Positions 24,749 through 37,500 of a stretch of 64,000 bases of DNA are shown here, piece after piece. Below the pieces are notes generated by a model, which worked only from the letters and a program-made list of their open reading frames with translations, had not been told where the DNA came from and did no database searches. Numbering within the stretch: position 1 is the stretch's first letter; every line of letters starts with the position of its first letter. The translations under genes and the position numbers were made by a program. The DNA is from Bigelowiella natans CCMP2755 (taxonomy: Eukaryota; Protista; Cercozoa). The stretch lies in contig ADNK01000427.1 in NCBI GenBank assembly GCA_000320545.1, positions 240,264 to 304,263 on the forward strand, in the 5' to 3' direction.

Positions 24749-25375
24749 AAATTAAACTTCCAGGTGGTAGCCTTGCTCACGCACCATGAAATGCAAGTCA
24801 TGGAGTGTGCAGCATTGTGCAGCGCTTTAGAATGGCCACTGAATGTTTGTGGCAAGCGGTTGGCGACCAAACGGTCGTCTGTGTCTATTATCTGAAATTT
24901 TGTACTTATGTCATTAAACCCGTCTCATCTGCGTATGATCTTATCTATCAAAGTTTTGCAGCATTGCTTAAGATTGGCTGCGTGGTCCGCTTTCAGGGCG
25001 TGTACGTGCATGTGCACTTGCAGAGCTTGGTATGAAACTTGGGTGCAGATGCAAAGCAGTGTGCAATGAGTGCAGTAACCACATTGCATTGACTCCAACA
25101 ATGACGCAAAAGCGTGCGACGCTCACTAGCTTTTATGCAAAGTTCTATATCTGAATGTAGCAGCTAGGCTCTGTGGAAGCAAGCCTTCTCGCAAGTGACA
25201 AATCATTAATCTAATTTGGTCAATCAAACAAGCTTCTCTCAACTGTACTCATTCACACAATGATATCCAAAATTTTCTAAGAGGGGCGAATGGACACCGA
25301 TGCTCACAAAAGCAGACCGACGAAGAGCATGTGCGTGATGAAGCATTCTGACAGTAACAGATGCTATTCTTCGTT

Positions 25376-26031
25376 TCAGAAGTTGTAATCTCCCCTAACT
25401 ATAGCAACGACCGCAGTGATGTCGTCACGCTTGCCGCCTCTCACTTTGTAACCAAGCGCACGTTTCCAACGAGGAAGCGTTTCTTTTGTCATTGAACGCG
25501 ACCAAGGCGTACGCGCGTTCGGTCGGAGCGACATCTTGAACGCCTCGTCCACAAGAGCGCGTGCAACGTCCTGGAGGTCCCTGATTAACGAGGAAGAAGA
25601 AGAAGAATGATGGGAACAACAAAACCAGAGAGTGAGGGAAAACGCTGCAAGGTTTAAGAAGCTACTAAACTGCTGCTTTAGAAATGTACATTTCATTCTG
25701 CTTGTCGTAGCAGTAGCAGCAGTAGTAGTACAGAAATTTGCTTCTGCTCCTTGCTACCACATGCCATCATAATCATCATCAACAACCCACCCAACTATCA
25801 TCGGTAAAGCTCTACTACTACTACCACTACTGCTGCTGCTACTACTACCTGCCATCATCAATGGACTGGGTCACGAGCTTAGCGACTTTTCGTTCAGACA
25901 TGTTATCGAACACTCCATCCGTGGCGGCCACGATGACGTCTCCCTCTCTAACAGGAACGCTGTACACCTAGTTGTTGTTAAGTTGTTGTTAAGTCGTTGT
26001 TACGGGGGTAAACATATACTCAGTATCTCAA

Positions 26032-26070
<39 letters not shown>

Positions 26071-26376
26071 GATCGTGGTAGTTCTCACGAATAGCATTGC
26101 GGTATTCTGAGACTTGCGCGCAGACAGCTTGTGACTCGAGGAGGGAGAAATAAGGTGGGGGGGACGGGGGTGGGGGGAGGGCGCGACTGTGAGTGTTGAT
26201 TTTTGTCGATCGTATGTCTAGTACGCACGTCTGCATCTTCGGCCGAATTGCAGCATTCTTCTAATTCTTGATTTCCCTGTAGCATGAAAGTGATATAAAT
26301 AACAACGAACTGCGAATCTCATCGCTTCAACTGTCAATTCAGTGTCAGAAAGCTACCACACATTGGACAAACGACC

Positions 26377-26415
<39 letters not shown>

Positions 26416-26589
26416 ATGGATGTACTACTTTTGGCACTCACAGAGCTCTCACCACAAAAACAGGTATCAGATAAGAAGAATACTGATGGTGAAAATGTCC
26501 CACGTCGCTAGCAGTTTTGCGTTCAAAAAGCGGTATATCACTACTTCTACTATCACTACTTCTACTACTACTACTTCTTCTTCTTCTGA

Positions 26590-26621
<32 letters not shown>

Positions 26622-27351
26622 TTCTGACTACCAGTTGGTATGGCATGTTGAATTCATACGTTTGTGGCCTAGATCGAGCGATTTCTTTCCCTGCGACACA
26701 GCCGACAAGGGCATGGGAATGGAAGCAGCCAATCATGGCAACGAGCAGTAGGGAGGGGGGGAGGGGAGGGGGAGGGTGAGGATGAGGGGGGAATATCTTG
26801 TCAGAGTGCTGAGTGTTCGTTGCGAATCATCCCCAGTATTGATACTACCATCGGATGTAAAGAGATCATAGTTTGCAGCAGCAGCAGTAGCAGTAGCAGC
26901 AGTAGAACAAGAGAACGAACAACAGTGGGTGGGGGGGGGGTAACCATTTCGAAGCACAAGAAAGCCAGAATCGCCTAGATTTGCTGCCGAGAGCAGCATA
27001 GAGGTCTTATTGAGGGACAACACGGTTGCCGTCGTTGTTCCCGGTTTCTGACCGAACATGCCACGAGGAGGAGGAGGAGGAGGAGGAGGAGGAGGAGGAG
27101 GAGGGGGGGGGGGGAGCAGCAGCAGCAGAGAAATTATGAACTCGCTCACAATATTCATCTCCCCAACGGTCGTGTCGTATGCGGGTGATACACATGCATA
27201 GAATCCGTACGATTGAAAGGCGTAGTTGGAATGCTTCTATATGTTGGCAAGAGGAAAACATTCAATCAGCAGCAGCAGTAGCACACCTTCGTTGTCGCCT
27301 GGGCGAAGCGCATGGCCTTCACCGGAGTCAACGCACTGTTGGCCTCTAGAA

Positions 27352-27391
<40 letters not shown>

Positions 27392-28107
27392 TGAGATCAG
27401 GAGGAGCAGGGGGGGGGGGGTAAGAAGAGGAGAGATCTGTCGGAATAATAGGCAACAAGCCAACGCTGAAAAAGGAGAAGCGGCATCACCTTCAAGCGTC
27501 ATTGCCTCCTTCGTTACGAACATGAAATGTTTGGAATAATCTCCAGAATCAACCCCCACATCTCGCCAGCCCCCGACCTAAAAAAAAAGGAATGCCACAG
27601 CCGCCGTTGCACGCACGAAGATGAACACCACAGCGCAATCAGCAAGCCTTACCGACGATGTGTAGATAAGATGATGATGAGTAGTAGCACGGTCAGTCAC
27701 AGTGATGACAAAAGGCGTGGTGGTGGTGGTGGTGGTGAGGAGTTTTTATCAGAATACAAACAGAACACCAAGATCTTCCTACACGCCGCACTTGTCATCA
27801 TCATCATCATCAATCACACTTTCTACTACACTACTACTACTACTACTACTACTGCTACTACCCCGTCTGCAATTCCTATTGCGCTCGCTCTCTCAAGATA
27901 GCCAGAATAGTATGACCAAAAGTCATCCTTCTCCAATTCAAGGTCAAAGGACGATAACCCCTGGTTCTCGAAACGATTCAGAAGGAAAAATGCATCCTAG
28001 GAGGAGGAGGAGGAGGGGGGGGGGGGAGAGAAGGAGGAAGAGAAGGAGATGAAGGAGGAGAAGGAGGAGATCTGCCAACAACTATACACGCAGCATATAT
28101 TGCTCAT

Positions 28108-28179
<72 letters not shown>

Positions 28180-29430
28180 GGGGAAGGGAAAGGGAAAGAG
28201 AAAGAGACATACATCGCCCATTTGCTCCTTCTCCCTGATAGTATTGGCCTTCTCGGAATCCGAGTTTTGTGGGATGTACAAGCCAGGACGGCGAATAAAC
28301 GTTTTTGGCCTCCCAAAGACAGCAGCATCCAAGGAGAAAATGGGAGTGGGTAACTCTACCATACAGAACAACAACAACGAAAACGACGAAGACGCACGCA
28401 TATCATATCCCGAGTATGCACACACGCGGGCAAGTCCAACGTGCGTTTGTACATATGTTATGGGCGTTCATGTGTGTGTGTGTGTGTGATTTTCTCATCA
28501 AAAACTGTGCTGGTTAGGTTGTGCGATTCTACCATGCTTTCACATGATAATTCAGCATGCAAAGAAGTGTTGTTGCTGGTGGTGGTGGTGGTGGTGGTAG
28601 TGTGTCAAACCCTACTCAAGATAGAAGATAGTAGTAGTAGCAGCAGTAATAGAAGTAGTAGAGGTTGCAGTATCATCATCATCAGCAGCAGCAGCTGGGA
28701 ACACAACCTCTTTTAATCCGCACGGTGTAGATTCTCTCCTGGGAACCTCCGTTTGGGGATGAGACAATCACTTTCACGACTTTCATCGTCAGAGTAGAAG
28801 TCACCGCTCGATCGCGCGCTGCAATCTAATTAGGAATCATGGTAACGATGACGGTGATGATGATGACGATGATGATGATTAGAAGGAGGAGGAGGAGTAT
28901 GCCACACTGTAAAGAACATGCACCTTTATCACAGCTTCTTCTTGGTTAATGTCTCCTATCCGAACTTTCGCTAATGTATTCACCAAATAGGGAGGAGAAG
29001 GAGGAGGAGGAGAAGGGATTAGAATATCATGATGCAGATATATCAAATTAAAGCTACAAATGATACTCGCAAGAAAGATCCCCCCCCCTCTCTCTCTCTC
29101 TCTCTTTGTGGCACATATGTTGCGTCTTTCTTGGCCAAGCTCCCTCATATATTGATTGCCATGCCTCCCCCCTCCCCCCCCCCTGATACTGATGCCGCTA
29201 TAACTACTACTACTACTACTGGTGCTGCTGCTGCTGCTGCTGCTGCTGCTCCTACCATTTCTATGCTTCGGTTTTGGAAGAAAGGTAACTGAGCTGGCAG
29301 AATCTGGGATCTCGAGCAGATACTCTGCTCGATCTGGGGAGAACCGAGGGGACAGCTGGCCTTCACTCACATCCAGCGCTATGAAGGAATGAACGAATGT
29401 GTGTGTGTGTGTGTGTGTGTGTGAAATGGA

Positions 29431-29473
<43 letters not shown>

Positions 29474-29623
29474 CGATGTACTGATAACAAAAATGATTGA
29501 GGGGTGGTAGACAGAGAGGAAATGATGATGAGGATGATGATGGAGATGATGACTCTTTATACGACGAACGCACACATGACTGCCAACGAAAATGAAGCGG
29601 TGGACGTTTTAAGTGTTTTGTGT

Positions 29624-29668
<45 letters not shown>

Positions 29669-29889
29669 TCTCTCTCTCTGTGTGTGTGTTAGTGTAGCTC
29701 CGATGTGATACCTTTGAGCTGTGTTTTATAGCTTCCATTCAAGCGGGGGTTGCGAGAGAACAACAAAATAAGAGAGACCACAGCCGCCACCTATTTATTT
29801 GTTTTGTTTCGTATATGCATGGATGATGAGAACACACACACACACACACACATGCACACACACACGGCATTACTACTATAACTACTACA

Positions 29890-29922
<33 letters not shown>

Positions 29923-30050
29923 GCTACTAGTACCGACCCTCGTGCTCGGCGATGTTTCCAAATGTGATAAGGCGTTATCGAAGAGAGAGCGGAAAGCCAT
30001 TTTGAACGCAGTGTATCGGAGAGATCCCTATTATGGCACAAGCACAAGGC
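25376..30050 (-). CDS. PP2C (PPM) phosphatase, PPTC7/PTC7-like, with N-terminal cadherin-like beta-sandwich domain; 5' end uncertain (possible exons to ~30850)
   Basis: PP2C motifs in order: AIGIADG, WGVDSGDYS, TTTATV...ANLGDSGFLVLRNG, QTYEFNMPYQL, GDVIVAATDGVFDNM, TPWS...GGKRDDITAVVA. Upstream exons LDVSEGQLSPRFSPDRAEYLLEIP and VIVSSPNGGSQERIYTVRIKR. Confidence 0.88.
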
Positions 30051-30240
30051 CATCTCAAAAAAAATGTCCTCAAACACCAACAACTAGTCAACGTCCTCGT
30101 TAGTATGTTTTGTCCGTCTCTTTTGTTTTGTGGCAGCTCCAATGCCCATCTCGCCGACCTTTGGGGAATCGTCGAGCCTGTAAATCATCATCCAAGCATT
30201 TATAATATTCAGATGATTTGCTTCACGCGTGTAGTTAGTC

Positions 30241-30280
<40 letters not shown>

Positions 30281-31549
30281 TATGTGTTTTTGTGTGGTTT
30301 GCTGATGGTGTATGCGATCATAGGATTGCATATGTTCCAAAAAACCCGAAACATTGTCACCATACAGGCACGTGTCATACCCTGCCGAATGCCATAAATC
30401 GCTGAGAACATCCCAATCCGCTCTGGCAAAGCTCTTGAGCTGTGCCGGTTTCCTATTAATCGATGTGGTCAAGACCGCAAGCAGGTTTCTCGACGAAGGT
30501 GTCCTCTCCCTCCCTCAATATCCCCACCTCGGCAAATGCGTAATTACCTTGGCATGGAGGTTTTCGGTATCAGCGCACGAGCGAGTAATAAATTTGGTGC
30601 TACGTGGAGACGCGGACGCAGAGCGTGTTTTGTGGTGGCGGCGGCGCTCGCTCCCTGCGGGGATTGAATGAAAGCTGCCAGCAACACCAGCCAAGACAGC
30701 ATTGTTGACGCACGTCAACTTCCGAATGGAAGGAGGCTCGTATTACGTGCTGGTGCGATCGGGGGTAGCCTGATGGGGGTGAGGGGGGGGGGGGGGCAGG
30801 ATGATGTGGCAAGCTGCTGTCTACGAGTAGGTGCCTTGCTGCATCCCACACACCCGAACCGAAATATGTCTATTTCAATTCTTGCGGAAAACCCTTGTGT
30901 TTATTCCCTGCGACAAGCAAAACAGCGCATACGAGCGTTCATGTTGGCCATTTGTGTCCGTGGCTCGTGCTCTCTGGAAACGACACGCAGCCACGAACTG
31001 CTTGGCGCCAAAAGAGCAGCTGTTGTTGTTGTTTCTGTTGCCGCTGTTTGCTGCTGGTGCTGGTACGAGTTTATTTGCCCAAAAATCAGGTCTAAACCAC
31101 TCTTCGTTTCGGGATTGGATTTGGTTGGATGTTTTCGGGAGTGAATTTTGGCCAGCTTTCCCCCCCCATCTCGCCCCTTATTCCCGAGACTCTCTCGAGA
31201 CAGACTTCGTTCATCCCCGACAGAATCCGCAGCACTAAGTTAACACCACGATTGTAGTACCTCCCGTTTTTTTTCCGATGCACTTGCTTTGATGGGTCTG
31301 TGGTGCAGACGGTACTGCGTCATGAGCATGTTGCTGTCGCTCTGAAAGCCACATCCAACGACACGGATTTTATGCTGCGGATCGCAAATAGCAATCACAG
31401 CCATCGCAACATAACGCTTTTTGGTGTCGAGCAAAATATCGAACTGGATCTCACGTGAGGATGGAAGAGCAGCCTCCCCTCCTCTCACAACTCCATGGAC
31501 GCAGCAGCGACAGATTCTCACGATTCAATCACCAGCAACGAAATAGCAC

Positions 31550-34500
31550 CATGCAAAGTTCAGGGCGGGTTTCCGATTTAGCTGCGAGGCCGATGAGGGT
31601 ATCACGATCACGATGCACATTAGGATTTCATAGTTGCCAATTCTAATTAATCATTACCTAAAATTCTATAATGTTTATGTTACCACTCATCCAGTCTCAG
31701 GGAATGCCTGGGATGGCATCCATCCCACAGCAACCTCGTGCATTACCTGGAATGTCTTCACCGGTAGACAATAAGCGGCTTTCTCAGTCAAGTCCTGGAG
31801 GATACATGCAAACAAACGCTCCTGTTGATCATGGGGGTTACGACCAAAGGGCTCAACAGCGTAATATTTATGTGTTTAGTTATATAAGGACATGATTACA
31901 TTTATTCCATTTATTTCAGACTCTGAAGTTGGAGCTCCTTCACCGCAACCCGTTCATTCCCAAGCTGCAACCTCCGCTCCTTTACCTCATGATTCAAAAT
32001 TGAGATTTCAGAAAGGATCTCTTGCTTCTGGCTCTAAATTCATGAAAAAAGTTCCTGGGGGTGGAAGTCACGGTACAATGCCGACTGAAATAAAGTCAAT
32101 CGCAGAATCTAAAGGATATCTTCTGCCCGGGGAAACGAAGAAAGGGTTAGACTGCTATTACCATGTAGGTCTTGCATTAGAAACTTAATCGTTAACCATG
32201 TTGTTTAGGTATCAGCTCGATATGCGTGATGCCCGTGGCGTATATGACGCTTATTCACAAGGAATTGCAAGAAACGCCAGGGCTTTACATAACGTAATCA
32301 ATGAGGAAGATCAGCTATCTAAGCAAGTTTTCAACTTGATGCTAGAAGTGCAGATGTCAGCGCAACCTAAGGTGAAAAGCAAAAAGAATAGTATAGGCGT
32401 ATCTAAGTCAAGATTATTTAGGGAAATATGGAGGTTTTTGCCAGTGTGTACTCTGGCAAGTTGAAGAGATTCATCAGCGAAGAGTTTTTTTGTGCTTTTG
32501 CGAGCACAGGTAATAAAAGCCCTCACCAAAAAAGTTTCAGCCTGAACAATTGTTGTTTTCGCAGGGAAATTCTTACCTACACAAGATCGAGTTACTCCTT
32601 CCTGCATTTTTACTGATTACACACTTGGGGTAAACCTCTTCAGGCTTAGTTTTCAATGCCTACAAATGAAAACATGTATTTATCTTTGTTTAGGAAATCA
32701 TACAAGATGAACTATACCTTATCCTCAGAGTGTACTTAATCAAAGGTACAGTACTTCCCATCAGGCGTATGTAACATCAAATGATTTGTGCGCGTGTGTT
32801 GTCTTATTCTTGCAGGTCTTGGAGGCGGAAAAGATACTGGTGGCGGTAAGAGATCTGGGAGTTTCGGTAGTGCATCAAATCTAACAAAGGCGGGAACAAA
32901 GAAGCCCCTCTATCGAAGGTTGTTCCAAACAATTATCATATTTGCACCAATTTACATGAAAATACAATATTATGCTAGGCCTTGTGGTGTTGCTATCCTA
33001 GATCTCCCCCCACAGGCAGCGAAGGTTCTCTTTTAAAATAAAAACGTTGAAATGTAGCTAAGGATGGCGCCCCTCATATTTAGATCTTAATGATAAATAC
33101 TTCAAAAAAAATCCGCACGGTAAAATCAATATTTAAGTGCTTGTGAAGCAAGCCCAAAGCCATATATTTAATGTAGGACCAGGACCTGGCGCTATACGCT
33201 CCGAAGGAAGAGAACGATTTCCCATTTCTTCATCAAGTAAACCAACATGGAAATCTATGACATATCATGGTGATTCTGGAGTTTGTTAGGACATCATAAC
33301 AGGATCCAGAGAAACAAAATTTATCCTTACAAGTATGATTGAAATTGTGCTACTAAGATTTGCTTTCAGATAACATTATTCACTTATGCAGACACATCGG
33401 TCAATGTATCTCTTTCGTTGTGGAAAGGCAACACATACTCCATCCAATTTCCACGGGTACTAAAATAAGTATGAAAGTAATATCTAGTATTTCTGCAGCT
33501 ACTCTAGTATCATAAATATCGTTTGAATGACTCGATAGTTGAACCATTGTAAATGATTAGAGGGATGATTCTCAAAATGTTGGCATGAGCGCTGTGTTTG
33601 CGAGGGTTCCCACCCGCAGTTTCTCTGGATCCGATTCTCCGAAAGGCAGCAGCAGACGCACTAGTTCTCCGAGAAAGTAGGTTTGTGTTTCGTACTCATG
33701 ACAAACTCTAATTATTCTTTCAATGGCCAGAACCATAAGCTCATACGGCCCTAGCGACGGTGATTTTCCTTAACAAATTACCATGTCACAACTAATACTG
33801 TGGCGAGACAACTATGATTTTTCTCTTACAATTGCAGCGCCTACCCGTATTGGGATCCAGAATCTGAAAGGAATCGACGCCTCCAACAAGGAATCCAAAA
33901 TGATGCTTGATGGTAAGGATCGCATCATTTGTTCAGCATTTTCCTACTCTGACCTTACATCCAAAAATATAGTCTAACTTTGTCTCGTATTTGCTATAAC
34001 CCGTAGGCACTTGGTTGGAGCCGCAACCTTGCCCGTATGGCGAGATTGATACGAAGCAAGTTAGATATCACCCTTTATTCTGATGTACCGAAGTTAATAT
34101 ACAGTCTACTAGGTTTCCATCATCGCTAAGCGCGGGTTTCAAGGTTTGTTTAGAACGGGAACAGAGGTCCTAACTTCATACCAGATACTTTGTGTCGCAA
34201 ATAGGATTTAATTTTCAGATCTACAATTTTAGATTAATTCTATCATTGTGACACTTGAAGGAGCTGAGGATGAGAAAGGATGGGTAAACTAATAGTAGTT
34301 ATGTAGCCCAGAAATAAATCATGTGTGTAAATAAGATTCTTTTCTTTTTCAGGAGAAGTTAGGCATCAAGCGTAAAAAGGCAGCAAAAAACATTTTGGTT
34401 CGTGCCCAACTTTGTTCTGATGTGACACGTGAACCTATACCTGGGGCAGTCGGTACGTGTTACTCGAAGTCATGTATCAAACAAATCCTAATGGAATGAC

Positions 34501-37500
34501 AATCATAGGTCGTGGGTGCGGAGCGTCCTCACAAAGGGCTTTATCATTTGAGTCATGTAATTCTATGATCTCGCACGAGATGTTGTTATGACCCATCTTT
34601 TTATCGAAGGTGTATACTATCACCATAACACGCCATACTTCCAAGAAAGGTTGTCTTGAGAAATAAGTTGAATGAAAATTTGCTGCTAATCTTCTGCTTA
34701 CCAAATTAACCGTAGATTCTTCGTACACTTGCCAGTCGATCCAGAAAACTACCATCTTTATTTGAAGGCATAAGCCGATCATTTTCAACATTACGTGATC
34801 GACACTAATTGTTGATCTTTTTAGTTCTTTCACTGTCCACGAGAGGAAGCAATGTATCCTATTGGTATCTGAATTCTAATGAGCAATGTCAAAAATGAAG
34901 GAATTCTAAGCACTACTCATGACAGGTTTCACGTACATGAAATTCGGCGACAACGCCGAAATAGTTGAAGTAAGCTTTATAAATACATGACGGTATCATT
35001 GCTACCTTTTTAATGTCACATGTATTAAACACAGAATGGGCATTACAAACTACCCGTGCTGAAGTATTCAAAGAAAAGTGGAAAGTGCACAGAATCGGTA
35101 CGTTTTGTTATTTGTCATGAATTTTTGGCGGATGCTGATTGATAAACACCTTCATCAGTCAAACTATCTTGCATTCGACCGAAAACTGGTGGACGACTTG
35201 AGCAATGGGTTTGATTTTCCAATTATGATTTTTTCCATGATTTACACAAGTTCCATATATTTTGAAGGATATTCCGTATATCTACTGAGGTTGCGTCCGT
35301 TGCTATAGCACGAGATACATTGGTATGATCCAAGCTAAATTTGCAACATGTCGATGAAGTCTCCCACACCCGAAACCTCTCTACAGGTCACCGGCATGCT
35401 CCGGTTTTACAACCTTGAAAGAACGGGAAATCCTATGAGTAATTCTACTGAAACATTGATACCGTAACGAGTAAGCTTACTTCATTCTTGCTTCATTCCA
35501 TCAGTTACTCCTGCTCGAGAAGTATACCAAGGGCTCAAGAAGCGAAAACTTGATTCAGTGGCCAAATGGATTGGAGGGTTTGTTCGGATACTAATTGTAG
35601 TTTGTGAACATGCTTTGATTCGCCTCATTTCCACCATCGATGTCTTTCAAGGTTACTAAGCGCAACATTCTGTGTCATAAAAAATGCAGCTCATCAGGTC
35701 ATGTGCAATCTTGATTGTGGAATGTGACCTAACAAGATGTCTTTTTCAGCCTTTGCATCACGAGGCGGTGCTCTATCTCGCTTACGTGTGCAGTCAGGTG
35801 CATAATTTCCGATTTAAGCTGAATTAAATTCTGAATTTATTCACTCAATGAATCAGGACACGTTACTCCCACCCTCAAACGAGGAATTGAGGCAATGTTT
35901 AGGGTAAAAATTCATTCTGCGATCGATATTATGTTCTTTTTTGTCAGTTCTATCATTCTATTATTTTCTCTCAGGTATGGTACAAATTTGACCTCGAGTG
36001 CTGAAGATGTTCAATTACAAGTTCGCCATCACGTCATCTCGTAAGAACCCCATCCAAAATCTTTGTATTGTTGGTGTTCTCTCTCTGAGATCGTTGTTTG
36101 GTTTCCAGACACGTGAAGTACATGATCGGGAAGCTAGGATCTGCGCCAGACGTTCAGGTTTACAATCAGTTACAAGAGAGAAATTTATTCTTAGTATTTC
36201 CACATCATCAGGCAGCGATAGTTATTTTGAAGCATTGGCAGTTCATTATATCTCTTCCTATTCTTGGTAAAGATAGAAAATGTTTCGTGTGGGAATTTAT
36301 AAATGATATTTTCCGTTGCACAATTAGAATCTATGTCGGATTCGGATCCTCGATGGGTAATAACATACTCCTAACGCCGATTTGAATTTCTAAACATCAC
36401 TGACTTGAAAACAAATTTATTCAGTTTGACATCTACGACTTTATTCGAGGAGGTAACTAGCTCCCTAGGCCTTATTTGCATGAAATTTAAATTCTTCTCT
36501 TTGTTTATGTTCGTATTAGGGAGCTTGCTTTACAGTGTCGTTATGGCACTTGTGGATATGCCAACTCTCGAGGTTGTAAAATTGTTCCATATGTTTCAGA
36601 GAAGAATTCCTAAATTGTAAACTATATAATTCGGAAGGAGCATGACAGGAAGCTTTTGTCACCCCGCATTCACGAATTATTACGGACCTCGTCCCAGTTG
36701 ATGAGAAAAGTAAGGAGAGACTATAATAAAAATCTACTCGCACAAATGTAACATTTTAACTGTAGGTTACCTCTAACTTGGCAAATGCTACCAAGCCTCT
36801 TTTCCAGGTCAACGAACTATTATTATCACTCTCTCAAGCACAAATGATCTTCTCTTGCTCAATTTTCGATGTTTTGTTTCGTTAGTCTCTCCAAGAATGC
36901 ATGCTAACTGGCCTCCCAAAGTGGCTTCGTATCGTCTCACCGTTGCTTACGACGGTAAATAATAGCGTCGAAATTGGAGTTGTAGCTTATTGTCACTGTT
37001 TGTCAATCAGGCCCAGTGTGTCTCCATCCTTCGTTTATTCTGGGAACCCCTTTGCAGTTTCAATCGCGAAAAAATTGTTGGAGAGAGAACTTCGGAAAGA
37101 TACTTTGAGTGTGTTGCAAGCTTGATGCCTCTGGTAAGCTCTAACGTATCATGTTTAAAATGTCGATGTGTCTGAGTTCGATCTTCCGTACAGGGGTTGA
37201 TATCTCAAGTAGGACTGCGCACGCAAGTGCTTACAACACTGATTCCTACTATTAAAAGATTCCTCACAAAAAGCACTTTCAAGATCCAGGTTATTATCCT
37301 TCAAATGACTTCTCCAGTCAATTATCACCAATAGAAGAGAATATCGAATAATGCAAGCAATTTGTTCCCAGATCATCTGTGTTGACATTTTATCAAGAAT
37401 ATGTCCCACATTGGATGGAGGTATACGAATATCATAAGGATAATAAGTGCTCACATAATTACACATGGCATCATTCTTGCAGAAGGTGTTGCGAAGAATC

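Noticed and set aside
29379-29700. Complementary (GA)n/(TC)n tracts as intron-bridging RNA structure
   Set aside because: The pairing arrangement is not consistent across other SSR-rich introns, and an exon may lie between the tracts.
30209-31500. Separate gene between PP2C and DOCK
   Set aside because: Some open segments exist but no consistent exon chain or homology; may be PP2C 5' exons or UTR/promoter.
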